A DNA stretch of 46,853 nt from Chiloscyllium plagiosum (Eukaryota): positions 20,857,753 through 20,904,605 of the forward strand of contig NC_057719.1 in assembly GCF_004010195.1 (NCBI RefSeq), written 5' to 3'. The translations under genes and the position numbers were made by a program. Below the pieces are notes generated by a model, which searched no databases, had not been told where the DNA came from, and saw nothing but the letters and a program-made list of their open reading frames with translations. Below are positions 1 through 12,215 of this stretch, in pieces (positions within the stretch are counted from its first letter, which is position 1; each line of letters begins with the position of its first letter).

Positions 1-22
1 AAAACGGAGTTTGAACATTAAT

Positions 23-122
23 TGAACAGATTTCCTGAAGAAGGGCTTATGCCCAAAACATCGATTCTCCTGCTCCTTGGATGCTACCTGACCTGCTGCA
101 CTTTTCCAGCAACACATTTTTC
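23..122 (+). mobile_element. Short PLE terminal (pLTR) insertion with decayed hammerhead motif
   Basis: Same terminal sequence as the PLE ends at 21.0 and 22.1 kb. CTGAAGA-AGGGCTTATGCCC-aAAA at 35-58. 15-bp TSD AGTTTGAA(C/T)ATTAAT at 8-22 and 123-137. Confidence 0.85.
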
Positions 123-164
123 AGTTTGAATATTAATGACTTATATTGGGCTGTGAACAAAGTA

Positions 165-355
165 TAAAGGTAACGTGGCCACAGTCCTAACAGACTTTCA
201 TCAAGAGATAGACGACTGGTCATGGTTCATCCTGGGGGTCATCATACCTCACTGCAAGGGGAGTGATTGAGAAGGAGAGTCCATCATGGTAACCTCAGCC
301 AGTGCAGGAATTGAACCCACACTATTGGCATCACTCAGCTTTGCAAACCAGCCCT
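165..355 (-). mobile_element. tRNA-derived SINE fragment
   Basis: Minus-strand B-box GGGTTCAATTCC (plus strand GGAATTGAACCC, 307-318) in a tRNA-like head. Boundaries approximate. Confidence 0.55.
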
Positions 356-1299
356 GGTTTCACTGTTGATTAGGAACTCACCACTGCCTCACGAGAATCT
401 TACCACAGCACTTGTGGAAATCATAAAAGTGAAATGAGATAATCTTGACAACAAGATGGACATGGTTTCAGTAGTTGCCCTGTTCTGCCACACGTTTCGA
501 GGACTACAGAGATTGGGCTGGAGAGTGGGAGTAGAATGGTAACAGACACAAAGGGTTGAGAGGCCTCCTTCTTCACTGCAAAATTCTATGATTGTATCTA
601 ACCAGAGCCCACACCACTCAGACCCCTAAAAGATTCCATCATCTGCCCTTAACTGCTATTTCTTAATATTATCTCCTCTATTGCATTCTTTTGTTGTGTT
701 TTATGCCTACATCCATGAGTTTGGCTTCAAGATTAATTGGTCAAGGAGAAAGCAATATCAAGAATTGTTTCCAGTTTTAGGCTTCTTTATAATACTGTTT
801 ATTACATACAAAGTTGTATGTATTACAGTACATGATAACATGACATATACAATTTACTGTTGCATTATGGAAAGGCTATTCCATAAACTCTATATGTAAA
901 CATGTAATACTAGCCGGTCTACTCTAACGTGCTTCTCTACACTTGTTTGTCTCTCCTTTGCTTTCTCTCCCGCAACTCTGCCTACATTGTACTTCTCCTC
1001 ACAGAGCAGTGGAGAGCTGCTCTGTGACATCATCACATGTTTATCCCAAGGTCCGAGACGGCTTAAATAACATTTGTTAATCCTTGTTTCAATCTCTTGG
1101 TGTTAATACAGCGACTAATATACCCCTCAAGATTTGTAGAGTCTAAATTTGCACTTCTTATAATTACATTGGTGAAGAAATCTCAAATCTCAGCACTTGT
1201 ATCTTTTACAAACATATGGGCGTACAAAATAGGAACAGAAGTAGACCATACCTAAAAACTTCAGTTTGTGGTAATGTTAAGCAGATTGACTGCTAGAAC

Positions 1300-1665
1300 A
1301 TTATTGATTTGATTTGCTATTGTCACGTGTACTGAGGTACAGTAAAAGTTTTGTTTTGCATGCAGTACAAGCAGATTATAACATACAAAGGTCATAGGGT
1401 GATTGAACAGAGTGAGGAATACAAATTTACAAAGAAGATGCACAAAAAGCAAGATCAATATTAGATTTGAAATTTGAGAGCTCCATTCAGAAGTCTAATA
1501 ACAGTGGGGAAGAAGCTGTTCTTGAACCTGTTGGTCCATGTATTTATGTCTTTTGCCTGATGGACGAGGTTGGAACAGATCATAACCAGGTTAGGAGGGG
1601 TCATTGATGATGTTGGCTGCCTTTCTGAGGCAGTGAGAAATGTAGATGGAGTCAATGGATGGTTG
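1300..1665 (-). mobile_element. Rex1/Babar-type LINE 3' fragment
   Basis: ORF ends TNRFKNSFFPTVIRLLN; (AATCA)n-like tail; homologous to 25205-25850 and 7560-7900. Confidence 0.75.
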
Positions 1666-1829
1666 ATTATACTGGCAGTCAAGGAAGGTGTCCCACTTTC
1701 TTCCCATCAGAAACTTTAGGTCATCCAAAGTTGTGCTGTCAATGTTTTAACTTGTCCCATGTCCCATCCCCCAACAGCTCTGACCTACGTTAGCACCCCA
1801 TCAAACAATCCTTGTTTACAAATCTTTTA

Positions 1830-2125
1830 ATCTCATCCCTATCTTCATAAAATATTCTAGCCTCCAAGTTATCTGCATGCCTCTAATTCTGGCCACCAAG
1901 GCTGTGTCTACAGTTGCTGAGGTCTGGAATTTTTTCACTAAGCACTTTCTGTCTCATTTTCCTTCTTTATGGCACTCCTTAAAAGCTAAAATTTTAACCA
2001 AATATTTTGTCATCTGACCTAAAGTCTTACACAAGCATAAGAATTTGCTTCATAATGCTCCTGTGAAATTTGAGGCAATTTATTATGTCAAAGGCACAAT
2101 TTAAATGTAAGTTTTTATTGTTATT
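1830..2125 (+). mobile_element. Old L2-like LINE 3' end
   Basis: Degenerate tail ...CTCCTGTGAA...AAAGGCACAATTTAAATGTAAGTT..TTGTT resembling vertebrate L2 3' ends. Confidence 0.5.
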
Positions 2126-2984
2126 AACTGAACTACTAGGTTGCTTCAGTGCTAATCAAGCTCAGAGAATAGAGATCCCAAAAATAATTGATAAGTAACA
2201 CTTGTTCTGTTCTCTGAAAACCTATGGCCCATAGTCAATGTATTTACTATTGTCAACACTTACAACATCTTGGGTATGGGGTTGCTGATCAAGCAGAAAG
2301 TCTTCAGCAAAAATGGCACACCTGCCACTACCTATGAGTTTCTCCTATTCACTCTAATTGAAGCTTTGAATCTTCCTAAACAGCTGATCCTGACAAATGC
2401 CTGCAATTATAATGAGCACTTGGTATAATCTGGATAATGTTCTGCTTAACGCTCTTGAGGAAAAGAGCTGATTTTGCAGACACTTTTAATTCCTCAGAGC
2501 TCCAGTATATTCATTTAGCCAAGATTAACTACTGAACTGAGAAGTGACAAACTCTCAAACAGGATTGATGGCCTATAGGCTATTTTACATGAGCATGCGG
2601 GACCTCATACCTTATGAATAACATTGATGTAAATGAATTTTGCAGTTGTTTCTTAAGAACACTACATAGCTTATAGCTCACAACACTACATCAATCACAA
2701 AACTTTCACAAGTCTATGAAAGTGATGAAAACTCTTGCCTTGATAAAATAAAATCCACCTATTTGATGCGGAAGTATCAGCATTTGTTGTGTATGTTAAG
2801 ATAACTTTGGAGGATGCAACTTGCTGGAGTTAGGCTTAACACTTAGAATACTGCAGAATCTACAGGATAAAATTTAGTTATTCAGTTCAAGTGGTTTTGA
2901 TGGTGTCTAACCTTCCTCACACCTTGGTAACATTTTCACAGCCTTGTCCCATTTTCCTTGAAGCACAGATTAAGCTTCCCTTGA

Positions 2985-3400
2985 AACATCTTAATGCCAG
3001 CTGCACCATGTGGCTGCTAAGTTCTTATCCTCATAAGGCAACCTGCTGTTCTAGTGTTTCATTGTCGTAAACGTCCTTTGAACCACCTTTAACAAATTAT
3101 ATTCTTCAGAGACCAGACTACGGATAGTATTTAAAATGTGATCTCACTGATGCGCTGCAGAACTGAAGCATAGCATCCTTCGTTTAATGTTTAATTTGTG
3201 AATAATAACATTGCATTTGTCTTTTTAATTTTTTTTTGCTGTGTCTGGATTTTGAGATTTGTGCACAAGAACATTGAGATCACTCTGCAACTTAAAATCA
3301 TGTTGTCATTCTCCTTTTCAGCAATGACCTGCTTTTTTATTCTTCATTCCAAAATGAACAAATTCATGTTTTCCCACATTATACTCCATTTACCAGATCT
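2985..3400 (-). mobile_element. Highly decayed CR1 RT/3' fragment
   Basis: Patchy similarity to the minus-strand CR1 copies at 9085-9995 and 35626-36778. Confidence 0.45.
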
Positions 3401-3648
3401 TTGCTAATCAGAGCCACAAGAAAGTTTGAGTAGTCTCATCCCACAAGCAGAGTCGTTCTAAGATGAGAAAGTCATCAATAAAAGGTACATTTAGTTGGGA
3501 ATTCGGGAGAACTTCTCTAACCAGAGACAGTTGGAATGCAGGCTTGCTACATGTAAAGTGATTTGGAGATGCCGGTGTTGGAGTGGGGTGTACAAAGTTA
3601 AAAATCACACAACACCACGTTATAATCCAACAGGTTTAATTGGAAGCA

Positions 3649-3683
3649 CACTAGCTTTCGGAGCGACGCTCCTTCATCAGGTG
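3649..3683 (-). ncRNA. Minimal type-I hammerhead ribozyme (intact core)
   Basis: Minus strand reads CAC-CTGATGA-A-GGAGC GTC GCTCC-GAAA-GC-TA-GTG. The plus-strand partner at about 6605-6640 has mutated core bases. Confidence 0.8.
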
Positions 3684-4091
3684 ATAGTGGAGGACTCGAT
3701 CGTAACACAGAATTTATAGCAAAAATTTGCAGTGTGATATAACTGAAATTATACATTGAAAAATTGATTTGTCTGTTAAGCCTTTCATCTATTAGAATAC
3801 AGTGATAGTTTCACTTCTTCCATGTGTAAATCACAAAACCTTTTTTTACAAGTTGCATTCTTGGGTTAGCTGTAAACAATGGTGATAGCTAGACAATATG
3901 TTGAAGGTGTTAGTCCCCTGTGTTCTCTGTCTGTGACCTGATGTTTGCATTGATTCTAATCTAAAAAGTGACATAACAGAGTTTTACATAAATTCATGCA
4001 GTTTTTGAGCTCAGAGTTCTACATGAATGTATGCAGTTTTTGAGCAAAGTGCAATGTAACTCTGCAAGTACAAATTCACCCCACAAAATAT

Positions 4092-4352
4092 ATGTGTGCA
4101 TGTGGGTCTTTGTCTGTCTGTGTGTGTGTGTCTGTCTGGGGTGGGGGTTGTGAGTGTGAGAAAATGTGTGTGAGTGTGCGTGTGTGTAGTGAGTGCAGAG
4201 TATCTTAAGTCTGTGAGGGGGTGCATGTGTGAGTGTGGGAGTGCGTGTGTCTATAAGGGTGTGTGTGGGTGTCTGTGTGCGCGTCTGTGTATACCTGTGT
4301 CCGTGTGTATGTGAGAGTGTGTGTGTGTGTAGGAATATCTGTGTGTGTGTCT
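4092..4352. repeat. Degenerate (GT)n/(CA)n microsatellite in the PLE 3' UTR
   Basis: Direct inspection. Confidence 0.9.
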
Positions 4353-4830
4353 AGTGCAATGGTGATCACCTGTAATGTGACATGAACCCAAGGTCCCGGT
4401 TGAGGCCCTCCCTATGGGTCCCGAACTTAGCTATCAGCCTCTGCTCGGCCACTTTCCTCTGCTGCCTGTGCCGAAGTCCAACTTGGAGGATGGTCACCCG
4501 AAGGTCTGAGGCTGAATGTCCTTGCCCACTGAAATTTCCCCAACTGGGAGAGAACCCTCCTGTCTGTTGATTGTTGTGCGGTGCCCATTCATCCGTTGTC
4601 GTAGTCTTTGCTCGGTTTCCCCAATGTACTATGCCTCCGGGCATCCTTGCCAGCAATGTATAAGATAGACAACGTTGGCTGAGTCACATGAGTACCTGTC
4701 ATGTACAAGGTGGGAGGTGTTCCCATGCATAATAGTGGTATCTATGTCCACAATCTGACACGTCTTGCAGCGTCCACCATGACAGGGTTGTATGGAGTTG
4801 TCCTGAGAGCCGGGCAGTTGGCTACGAACA

Positions 4831-6075
4831 ATGTTCAGCACCCACGGACTAGTTGAACCGGGAACATTCCTCGCCACAATGGACGTTTCCGCACTCTACA
4901 CCAGCATTCCCCACAAGGATGGCATCGCGGCAACAGCCTCAGTACTCAACACCAACAACTGCCAGTCTCCAAACACCATCCTACAACTCATCCGCTTTAT
5001 CCTCGATCATAACGTCTTCACCTTTGACAACCAATTCTTCATCCAGACATACAGAACAGCTATGGGGACCAAAGTTGCACCCCAATAGGCCAACATTTTT
5101 ATGCACAGGTTTCAAACAAGATTTCTTCTCTATGCAGGATCTCCAAGCAACATTGTACACCAGGTACATTGATGACATTTTCTTCCTCTGGACCCATGGC
5201 GAGGAGTCACTGATAAAATTACACAGTGACATCAACAAGTTTCATCCTACCATCAAACTCACCATGGACTACTCTCGACTGTCTGTCTCATTCTTGGACA
5301 CGTGCATTTCCATCAAGGATGGACACCTCAGCACCACACTCTACCGCAAACCCACAGACAACCTCACAATGCTACACTTCTCCAGCTTCCACCCAAAACA
5401 TATTAAAACAGCCATTCCCTATGAACAAGCCCTATGCATACACCGGATCTGCTCAGATGAGGAGGAACGTGACGGACACCTGGAAGTACTCAAGGATGCC
5501 TTCACAAGAACGGGGTACGAAGCTCAACTCATTGACCGCTAGTTCCGACGTGCCACGGCAAGGAACCGTAATGACCTCCTCAGGAGACAGACACGTGCTG
5601 CAACTGACAGGGTACCCTTCGTTGTTCAGTATTTCCCAGGAGCTGAAAAACTACGCCATGTTCTTCATGACCTGCAACACATTCTCAATGAGGATGAGCA
5701 CCTCACCAAGACTTTCCCCACACCTCCACTACTTGTCTTTAAACAACCTCCAAACCTCAAGTAGATCATTGTTCGTAGCAAACTGCCCGGCTCTCAGGAC
5801 AACTCCATACAACCCTGTCACGGTGGACGCTGCAAGACGTGTTAGATTGTGGACATAGATACCACTATTATGCATGGGAACACCTCCCACTTTGTACATG
5901 GCAGGTACTCATGTGACTCAGCCAACGTTGTCTATCTTATACGTTGCTGGCAAGGATGCCAGGAGGCATGGTACATTGGGGAAACCGAGCAAAGGCTACG
6001 ACAACGGATGAATGGGCACCGCACAACAATCAACAGACAGGAGGGTTCCCTCCCAGTTGGGGAACACTTCAGTGG
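4831..6075 (+). pseudogene. PLE reverse transcriptase + Cys-rich linker + GIY-YIG endonuclease (disrupted)
   Basis: MDVSALYTSIPH, TAMGTKVAP, YTRYIDDIFFLW, LYRKPTD, PCHGGRCKTC, NVVYLIRC...WYIGETEQRLRQRMNGH. Stops at about 5086, 5540 and 5762 and a frameshift near 5110. Confidence 0.93.
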
Positions 6076-7559
6076 NNNNNNNNNNNNNNNNNNNNNNNNN
6101 NNNNNNNNNNNNNNNNNNNNNNNNNNNNNNNNNNNNNNNNNNNNNNNNNNNNNNNNNNNNNNNNNNNNNNNNNNNNNNNNNNNNNNNNTGCACACATATA
6201 TTTTGTGGGGTGAATTTGTACTTGCAGAGTTACATTACACTTTGCTCAAAAACTGCATACATTCATGTAGAACTCTGAACTCAAAAACTGCATGAATTTA
6301 TGTAAAACTCTGTTATGTCACTTTTTAGATTAGAATCAATGTAAACATCAGGTCACAGACAGAGAACACAGGGGACTAACACCTTCAATCTATTGTCTAG
6401 CCATCACCATTGTTAACAGCTAACCCGAGAATGCAACTTTTAAAAAAAGGTTTTGTGATTTACACATGAAAGAAGTGAAACTATCACTGTATTTTAACAG
6501 ATGAAAGGCTTAACAGACAATCAATTTTTCAATGTATAATTTCAGTTATATCACACTGCAAATTTTTGCTATAAATTCTGTGTTATGATCGAGCCCTCCA
6601 CTACCACCTAATGAAGGAGCGTTGCTCCAAAAGCTAGTATGCTTCCAATTAAACCTGTTGGACTATAACGTGGTGTTGTGTGATTTTTAACTACATGTAA
6701 AGTGGCTGAGATCTTCAGCATAAATGCATTTACAGGGAACCAGATAAACGTTGTTCGATAATGCTCCTGTAAATCACCTTGGAAAGTTTTATTATATTGA
6801 AGATACTAAATGAATCACAGAACTATTACAGCACAAAAGGAAGTCATTCAGCCCATCATACTCTCACGAGAAAGTCAAATCAATTTTTTAACCACTATTC
6901 ATTCGAATCCACTGTTTATTTAATGGCAGGCTTTGAATCTAGTTCTTCAGAGAAATATCTGGGTCACCAGGTTACAAGCCCAGCAACAGTACCACTTCTC
7001 CATCATGCTTGCATTGAGTATAACCATAAACATAACATGAGGTGAGTGGTGTGGCCTGTTTCTGTCCTCTACATCCCATGTAACCTTGTGTGATGACTCA
7101 CTGGTACCTTATAGAGTTCAATGATGTTCCACTTACAACCCTTTTATTCTCTATCAAGAACAATGAATGGAACAAAGTAAGAGTTTGCTTATTATATCAC
7201 TGTCATCCTCAGAGCATAGTGGGTAGGAGAAACTAAGCAGCTATTTGTTCTGCTGTTCAAGAGCAAGTGAGTGCTCAAGAAAAGTGTCTAGGGATACAGT
7301 ATATAGCATGAATCCTACTGTACATCAGGGCTCATTACCTTCTGGTAGAACAAGCAGACAGTTATAGTGATCATTAGGGATTCAGGTTGAAGTGATTGCA
7401 CTTTCAGGACTGAAAGCATCGATAAAAACTCATTAATGCCTGGACTGAAGGATTGTTATCAGAGAGGAAACTAAGGTCTGTGGTTAAGAATTGCTGCTGA
7501 AATTGGGAAAAAACAAGTTGGAACCTTTGAGTCCCAGAGACATAAATAGATCATTTTGG

Positions 7560-7900
7560 TTTCATTTTTTGATTTTGTTTTGATTTGACTTATTATTGTC
7601 ATGTCTATCAAGATACGGGGAAAAGTACTGCATTAAGTGCCAGCCAGACAAATCATACCTTACATAAGTACATCAGGCTAAGAGAACACAATGCAGAATA
7701 TAATGTTACAGCTAGAGAAAAAGTGCAGAGAAAGTTCAGCTCTAATATATGAGAGGTCCCTTCATAAGTCTGATAACAGCAGGGAGGATCTGTTCTTAAA
7801 TCTGTTGGTATGTACTTTCAAACTTCTGGCAATGGAAGAGTGTGGAAGAGACTATTACTGAGGTGGGAGGGGTTTTTGATTATGTTGGCTGCTTTCCCAA
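7560..7900 (-). mobile_element. Rex1/Babar-type LINE 3' fragment (decayed)
   Basis: Aligns by eye with 1300-1665 and 25205-25560 (GAGAGGTCC.TTCA.AAGTCTGAT.ACAG...). Confidence 0.7.
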
Positions 7901-8184
7901 GCATTTCAATTCAATATTTATACAGGCAACAAGTTTGAAATTTGATGATGAAACTAAGGTAGATGGTTTGGAAACAAGTGAGCAGGTCCATCAAAAACAT
8001 TCAAGAGTACAAGAGCAGTTAACAAATGGGCAGACAGCTTATATTGAAATTTGATATAAAATCCCAAAACAATAAAAAATTATATGCATTCAGTCGGAAG
8101 TGAGAAAAATATATAGGGCTACAGAACAGAGGCCTAGGAAATCAAACACCTAATCATTTAAATGATCATTAGAAAATAAAACCA

Positions 8185-8730
8185 AAAGACATAAGAGCAA
8201 ACGTTTGACATTTGACGCATTGAGTTTGCTCAGTCATCAATGAGATCATGGCTGATGCGATAATGCTGAACTCCATTTTGTCACTTTTTCCTTACCACCC
8301 TTGATTGCTTTACTAATTAAAAATCATTGTGAACTGGGGTGAACAAAGTCAGAAGTCACACGACACCAAGTTATAGTCCAACAAGGTTTATTTGAAACCA
8401 CAAGCTTTTGGAGCACTGCTCCTTCGTCAGGACTACAACCTGATGTTTTGTGACTTCTGACTTTATCTCAGCCTTGAATATAGTGAGCGATCCAATCTTA
8501 ACAGCCCTCTGTGGTAAAGAAGTCCATAGATGCACTATCCTCTAAGAGAAGAAATTCCTCCTCATTGTCGTCCTAACTGAGTGATCTCTGACTTTGAGAT
8601 TGTGCCCTCTGGTCCTAGACTGTCCCACAAGGAGAAACCAACTTTTCACACATCAGGTAATCTGTCAAGGCCCCTGAGAATCTCACTTGTTTAAATAAGG
8701 TTCTGCCTTGTTCTTATAAACTCCAGATAA
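8185..8730 (-). mobile_element. Old CR1 3' end; appears to continue at about 10020-10255 after younger insertions
   Basis: CR1 3' motifs (GAAGAAATTCCTCCTCAT, CCCTCTGGTCCTAGAC) on the minus strand. Confidence 0.65.
8326..8464 (-). mobile_element. Mini fold-back PLE derivative related to the 3561-6690 terminus
   Basis: 35-bp inverted arms 8345-8379 and 8430-8464 (5 mismatches) enclose minus-strand CTGACGA-AGGAGCAGTGCTCC-aAAA-GCTT. Confidence 0.8.
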
Positions 8731-8734
8731 TACA

Positions 8735-9067
8735 GAATCATAGAAACCCTTCAGTGTGGAAGCAGGCCATTCAGACCATTGAGTCTACACTTATCCCACC
8801 CAGACTCACCCTACCTTGTTCCCTTACATTTCTCATGACTAATCTACCCAGCCTGCACATCCCTAGACACTATGGACAAATTTGAATGGTCAATTGACCT
8901 ACCTTGTACAACTATGGACTGTGGAAGAAAACTGGAGCACTCAAATGAAACCCCCACACAGACATGGGGTAAATATGCAAACTCCAAGCAAATTACCCAA
9001 TGGTTGAATTGAACCGGGATCCAGGGTGCTGTGAGCCAACAATACTAACCACTGAGCCACCATGCCG
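8735..9067 (-). mobile_element. HE1-like V-SINE (older copy)
   Basis: tRNA head, V-domain-like centre and CR1-like tail; homologous to 45262-45574. Confidence 0.8.
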
Positions 9068-9084
9068 ATTCTAGCAAGGCAATT

Positions 9085-9995
9085 CATAGAGTCATAGAGT
9101 CATATAGCATGGAAACGGACACTTTGGTCCAACAAGTCCATGCCAAACATAATCCCAAACAAAACTAGTCTACCTTCCTGTGCTGGGCCCATATCTCTCC
9201 AAACACTTATTATTCATGGAATTATTTAATGTCTTTTAAACATTGTGACTGTACCTGTATCCACCACTTCCTCTGGAAGTTCATTCCACACACGAACCAT
9301 TCTCTCTGTAAAAAAAAATGCCTGTCATGTCTTTTTAAAATCTTTCTCCTCTCACCTTAAAAATATGCTTCCTAGTTTTGAAATCCCCCCCTAGGGAAAC
9401 GACACATGCTGTTTGCCTTATCTATACCCCTCTTGATTTCACAAATCTCTATAGGTTCACCTCTCAACCTCCTACTCTGCAGTGAAAAACGTTCGAGCCT
9501 ATCCAGCCTCTCCTTACAATTCAAACTCGCCATTCCTGGCCACATCCTGACAAATCTCTTCTGAACCCTCTCCAGCTTAATAATATCCTTCATATAACAA
9601 GAAGATCAGAACTGGGCACAGTACTCCAGAGAGGCCACGCTAATGTCCTGTACAATCTGAACGTAAGATCCCAACTTTCATATTCAAAGGTCTGAGCAAT
9701 GAAGCCAAGCATGGTAACCACCCTATCTACATGTGTTGCAAACGTCAATGAATTATGTACCTGAGCCTCTAGATCTCTGTTTTACAACACTACCCAAGGT
9801 CCCACTTTTAAGTGTATAAGTCTTTACAAAAATTAAATACCCCCCATTTATTCAAATTAAACTCTATTGTCTCTCTTCAGCCCATTAACTCAATTGATCA
9901 AGATCGCTTTGTAATCTTGGATAACCTTCTTCACTATCCACTATATCACCAACTTGGTACCATCTACAAACTTACTAACCATGCTTTAAGTTTAA
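9085..9995 (-). mobile_element. CR1 (HER1-like) LINE 3' fragment
   Basis: ORF KDIIKLERVQKRFVRM...RRLRGE; (CTATGACT)n tail at about 9085-9105. Confidence 0.9.
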
Positions 9996-10399
9996 CATTT
10001 TATTAACATCCTTCAATATCCAGGATCAACCTAATGAAGCTTCTCTGGTCTGCCTCCATTGTCAGGAAGCCTTTCCCTTCAATAAGGGGGTCAAAGTTGT
10101 TCACATTATTCTAGGTCTGTCTGATTTAGTGATCTCTGTGGCTTTAGCAAGATCTTCCTACTTTTATACTCCATTCCCATTGATATGAAGGTCAACATTC
10201 CATTTTCCTTCCCTGTTACCTGCTTAACTTGGATGCTAAGTTTTTATGATTCAGGTCAGTAAAGCTAATATACGAGCCAATACATTTTAAACATTTGAAC
10301 TGTGTATTTGATGTTGTGTGCTTTATTGTGGGACTTGAATTCAGGTCGCCAGAGCTTTACTTGGGTGTCTGCATTCATTATGTAGTGATAATGTCACTT

Positions 10400-10710
10400 G
10401 GTCAGTGGATGTGGAGAAGATGTTTCCATCAAAAGCAGAGACTAGGACTTGAGGGGTACAGCCTTAGAGTGAAGGAACAACCCTTCAGAACTGAGATGAG
10501 GAGGAACACCTTCAGCCTGAGGGGGTTTAATTTGTGGAACATATTGCCAAGTCATTGAGTGTATTTAAGACAGAGATAAATAGCTTCTTGATTAATATTC
10601 GAATCAAGGTTGAGGGGAGAAGGTAGGATTAGATTGAAAAACATATCAGCCACGATCGAATGGTGAAGCGCACTCGACGAGCCCAATTCTGCTCCTCCGT
10701 CTTATCGAAT
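10400..10710 (+). mobile_element. CR1 3' end
   Basis: GYSLRVKEQPFRTEMRRNTFSLRGFNLWNILP, the CR1 C-terminus. Confidence 0.8.
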
Positions 10711-10889
10711 AATAGTCTAATGAGAGTAGTAGGTAATGAGGTCTCTTTTAATTATACTCTGTCTCAGGGCTCACAGGTACAGCCATAAAACATTCCCTTG
10801 AGGGGTGGCTGCTCAACATTCATTATCTGACAGCTGTCGACACACTGCCTTTAAACAGTTGAAGAAATCTTCAGAGAGGATGTATATTA

Positions 10890-11190
10890 TTTTTTAATTC
10901 ATTTACAGGAATTGGGTGATGCTGGGTGTGTCAGCATTTATTGCTTAACTCTAATTACCCAGAGCAGAGATAAGAGTTAATAACATTGCTGTGGGTTTGG
11001 CTTCACGTGGAGGCCAGACTGCGTAAGGACAGCAGATTTCCTTTTCTGAGGGACGTTATTGAACCAGATGGACTTATCCGATAATCTGCCATGGTTTCAT
11101 CATTAGTTTGCCAATTTCAGATTTTTAAAAATTGAATCCAGATACCTGCCATGATGAGATTCAAACCTGGGTTTCCAAAATATTGCATAA
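10890..11190 (-). mobile_element. tRNA-derived SINE with L2/CR1-like tail
   Basis: Shares the AGCATTTATTGC... tail and the GAACCAGATGG core with copies at 23820-24090 and 27400-27940. Confidence 0.65.
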
Positions 11191-12041
11191 CGTTGCAGAA
11201 CATATGATGATGCAGCCTCCCACATATATCAGCAGTCTGCAGCACATCCCCAGATGATAGCCGCACTTGAAGAGATTGCCCCCACCATCCCTAATCAGTC
11301 AGGGCTTCTGGGGGTAATGCATTAATCTCTCACCTTCAGGAAGATCATGAAGAAGAGTGGGCTTCAGATACCATTGACGTTACGGCCAAGATGTTGTTCC
11401 AATGCTTGAGAACTTTCGATGTTACCTCCATATACATTTGTGCAACATGTTGCTATGCTAGGTCAGCATTTATTCTCTCTTTATCTCTCTCGCTCTTTCA
11501 TCCTCATCAAGAGGCATCAGGTGCAGGCTAGAAATCTGATAAGAGATTCTTATCATCTTCCATCGAAGGCCCACCAAACCACATGCCAATCAGGCAATGG
11601 CAAGGACAACCGTCGAATCTGCCCTGGGCATCAAGGGGAAAAATCCTACCCAGCAAGATGAGCTGGCCAATCAAATGCTGCCTGAGCAACATCAGAAAGC
11701 AGACAATGGTTGCTTCTCAAAGACCCCTCCGCCCCTAGAATCACAGATGACCCAGAATTCTGGTAAGCATTTAGTGAGTAAGGGTTCTCACAGTGGGGTC
11801 ATAAGGAGTCGGCTCAGGAAAATTAGGGGTTAGGTTTTAGTGAACACACCCCTGCGCAGCGTTCAGTCCCTCTGATCAGGCACTGGCTGCCTTTGATCAA
11901 GGGACAAGGAGAGACAAGCTGCCTGCAGGGTGCCACAGCCACTGTTAACATGGCAACAGGTCAATTTGCAGTCTAGCTATTCTCAGCAGTGACAGACTAA
12001 GGTGCTTTTTTCACTGAGACTCCAGTTTATTTTTATCATTG

Positions 12042-12215
12042 GATAAAAGCAAATTACTGCGGATGCTGGAATCTGAAACCAAAAGAGAAAATGCTGGAAA
12101 ATCTCAGCAGGTCTGGCAGCATCTGTAAAGAGAGAAAAGAGCTGACGTTTCAAGTCTAACTGACCCTTTGTTAAAGCTTTGATCTGCTGAGATTTTCCAG
12201 GATTTTCTCTTTTGG
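12042..12215 (-). mobile_element. Fold-back PLE mini-element, same family as 31458-31680, with the right arm internally deleted
   Basis: Near-identical to 31458-31585. Imperfect TSD TTATTTTT(A)TCATTG at 12027-12041 and 12216-12229. Confidence 0.88.

Larger units (their letters stand above)
3561..6690 (+). mobile_element. Neptune-type Penelope-like element, 5'-truncated, with a long inverted copy of its 3' part
   Basis: Exact 14-bp TSD CTACATGTAAAGTG (3547-3560, 6691-6704). 3598-4833 is the reverse complement of 5767-6690. RT and GIY-YIG motifs lie inside. Confidence 0.95.

Noticed and set aside
4011..4226. His/Thr-rich ORF
   Set aside because: Translation of the (CA)n microsatellite in the PLE 3' UTR.
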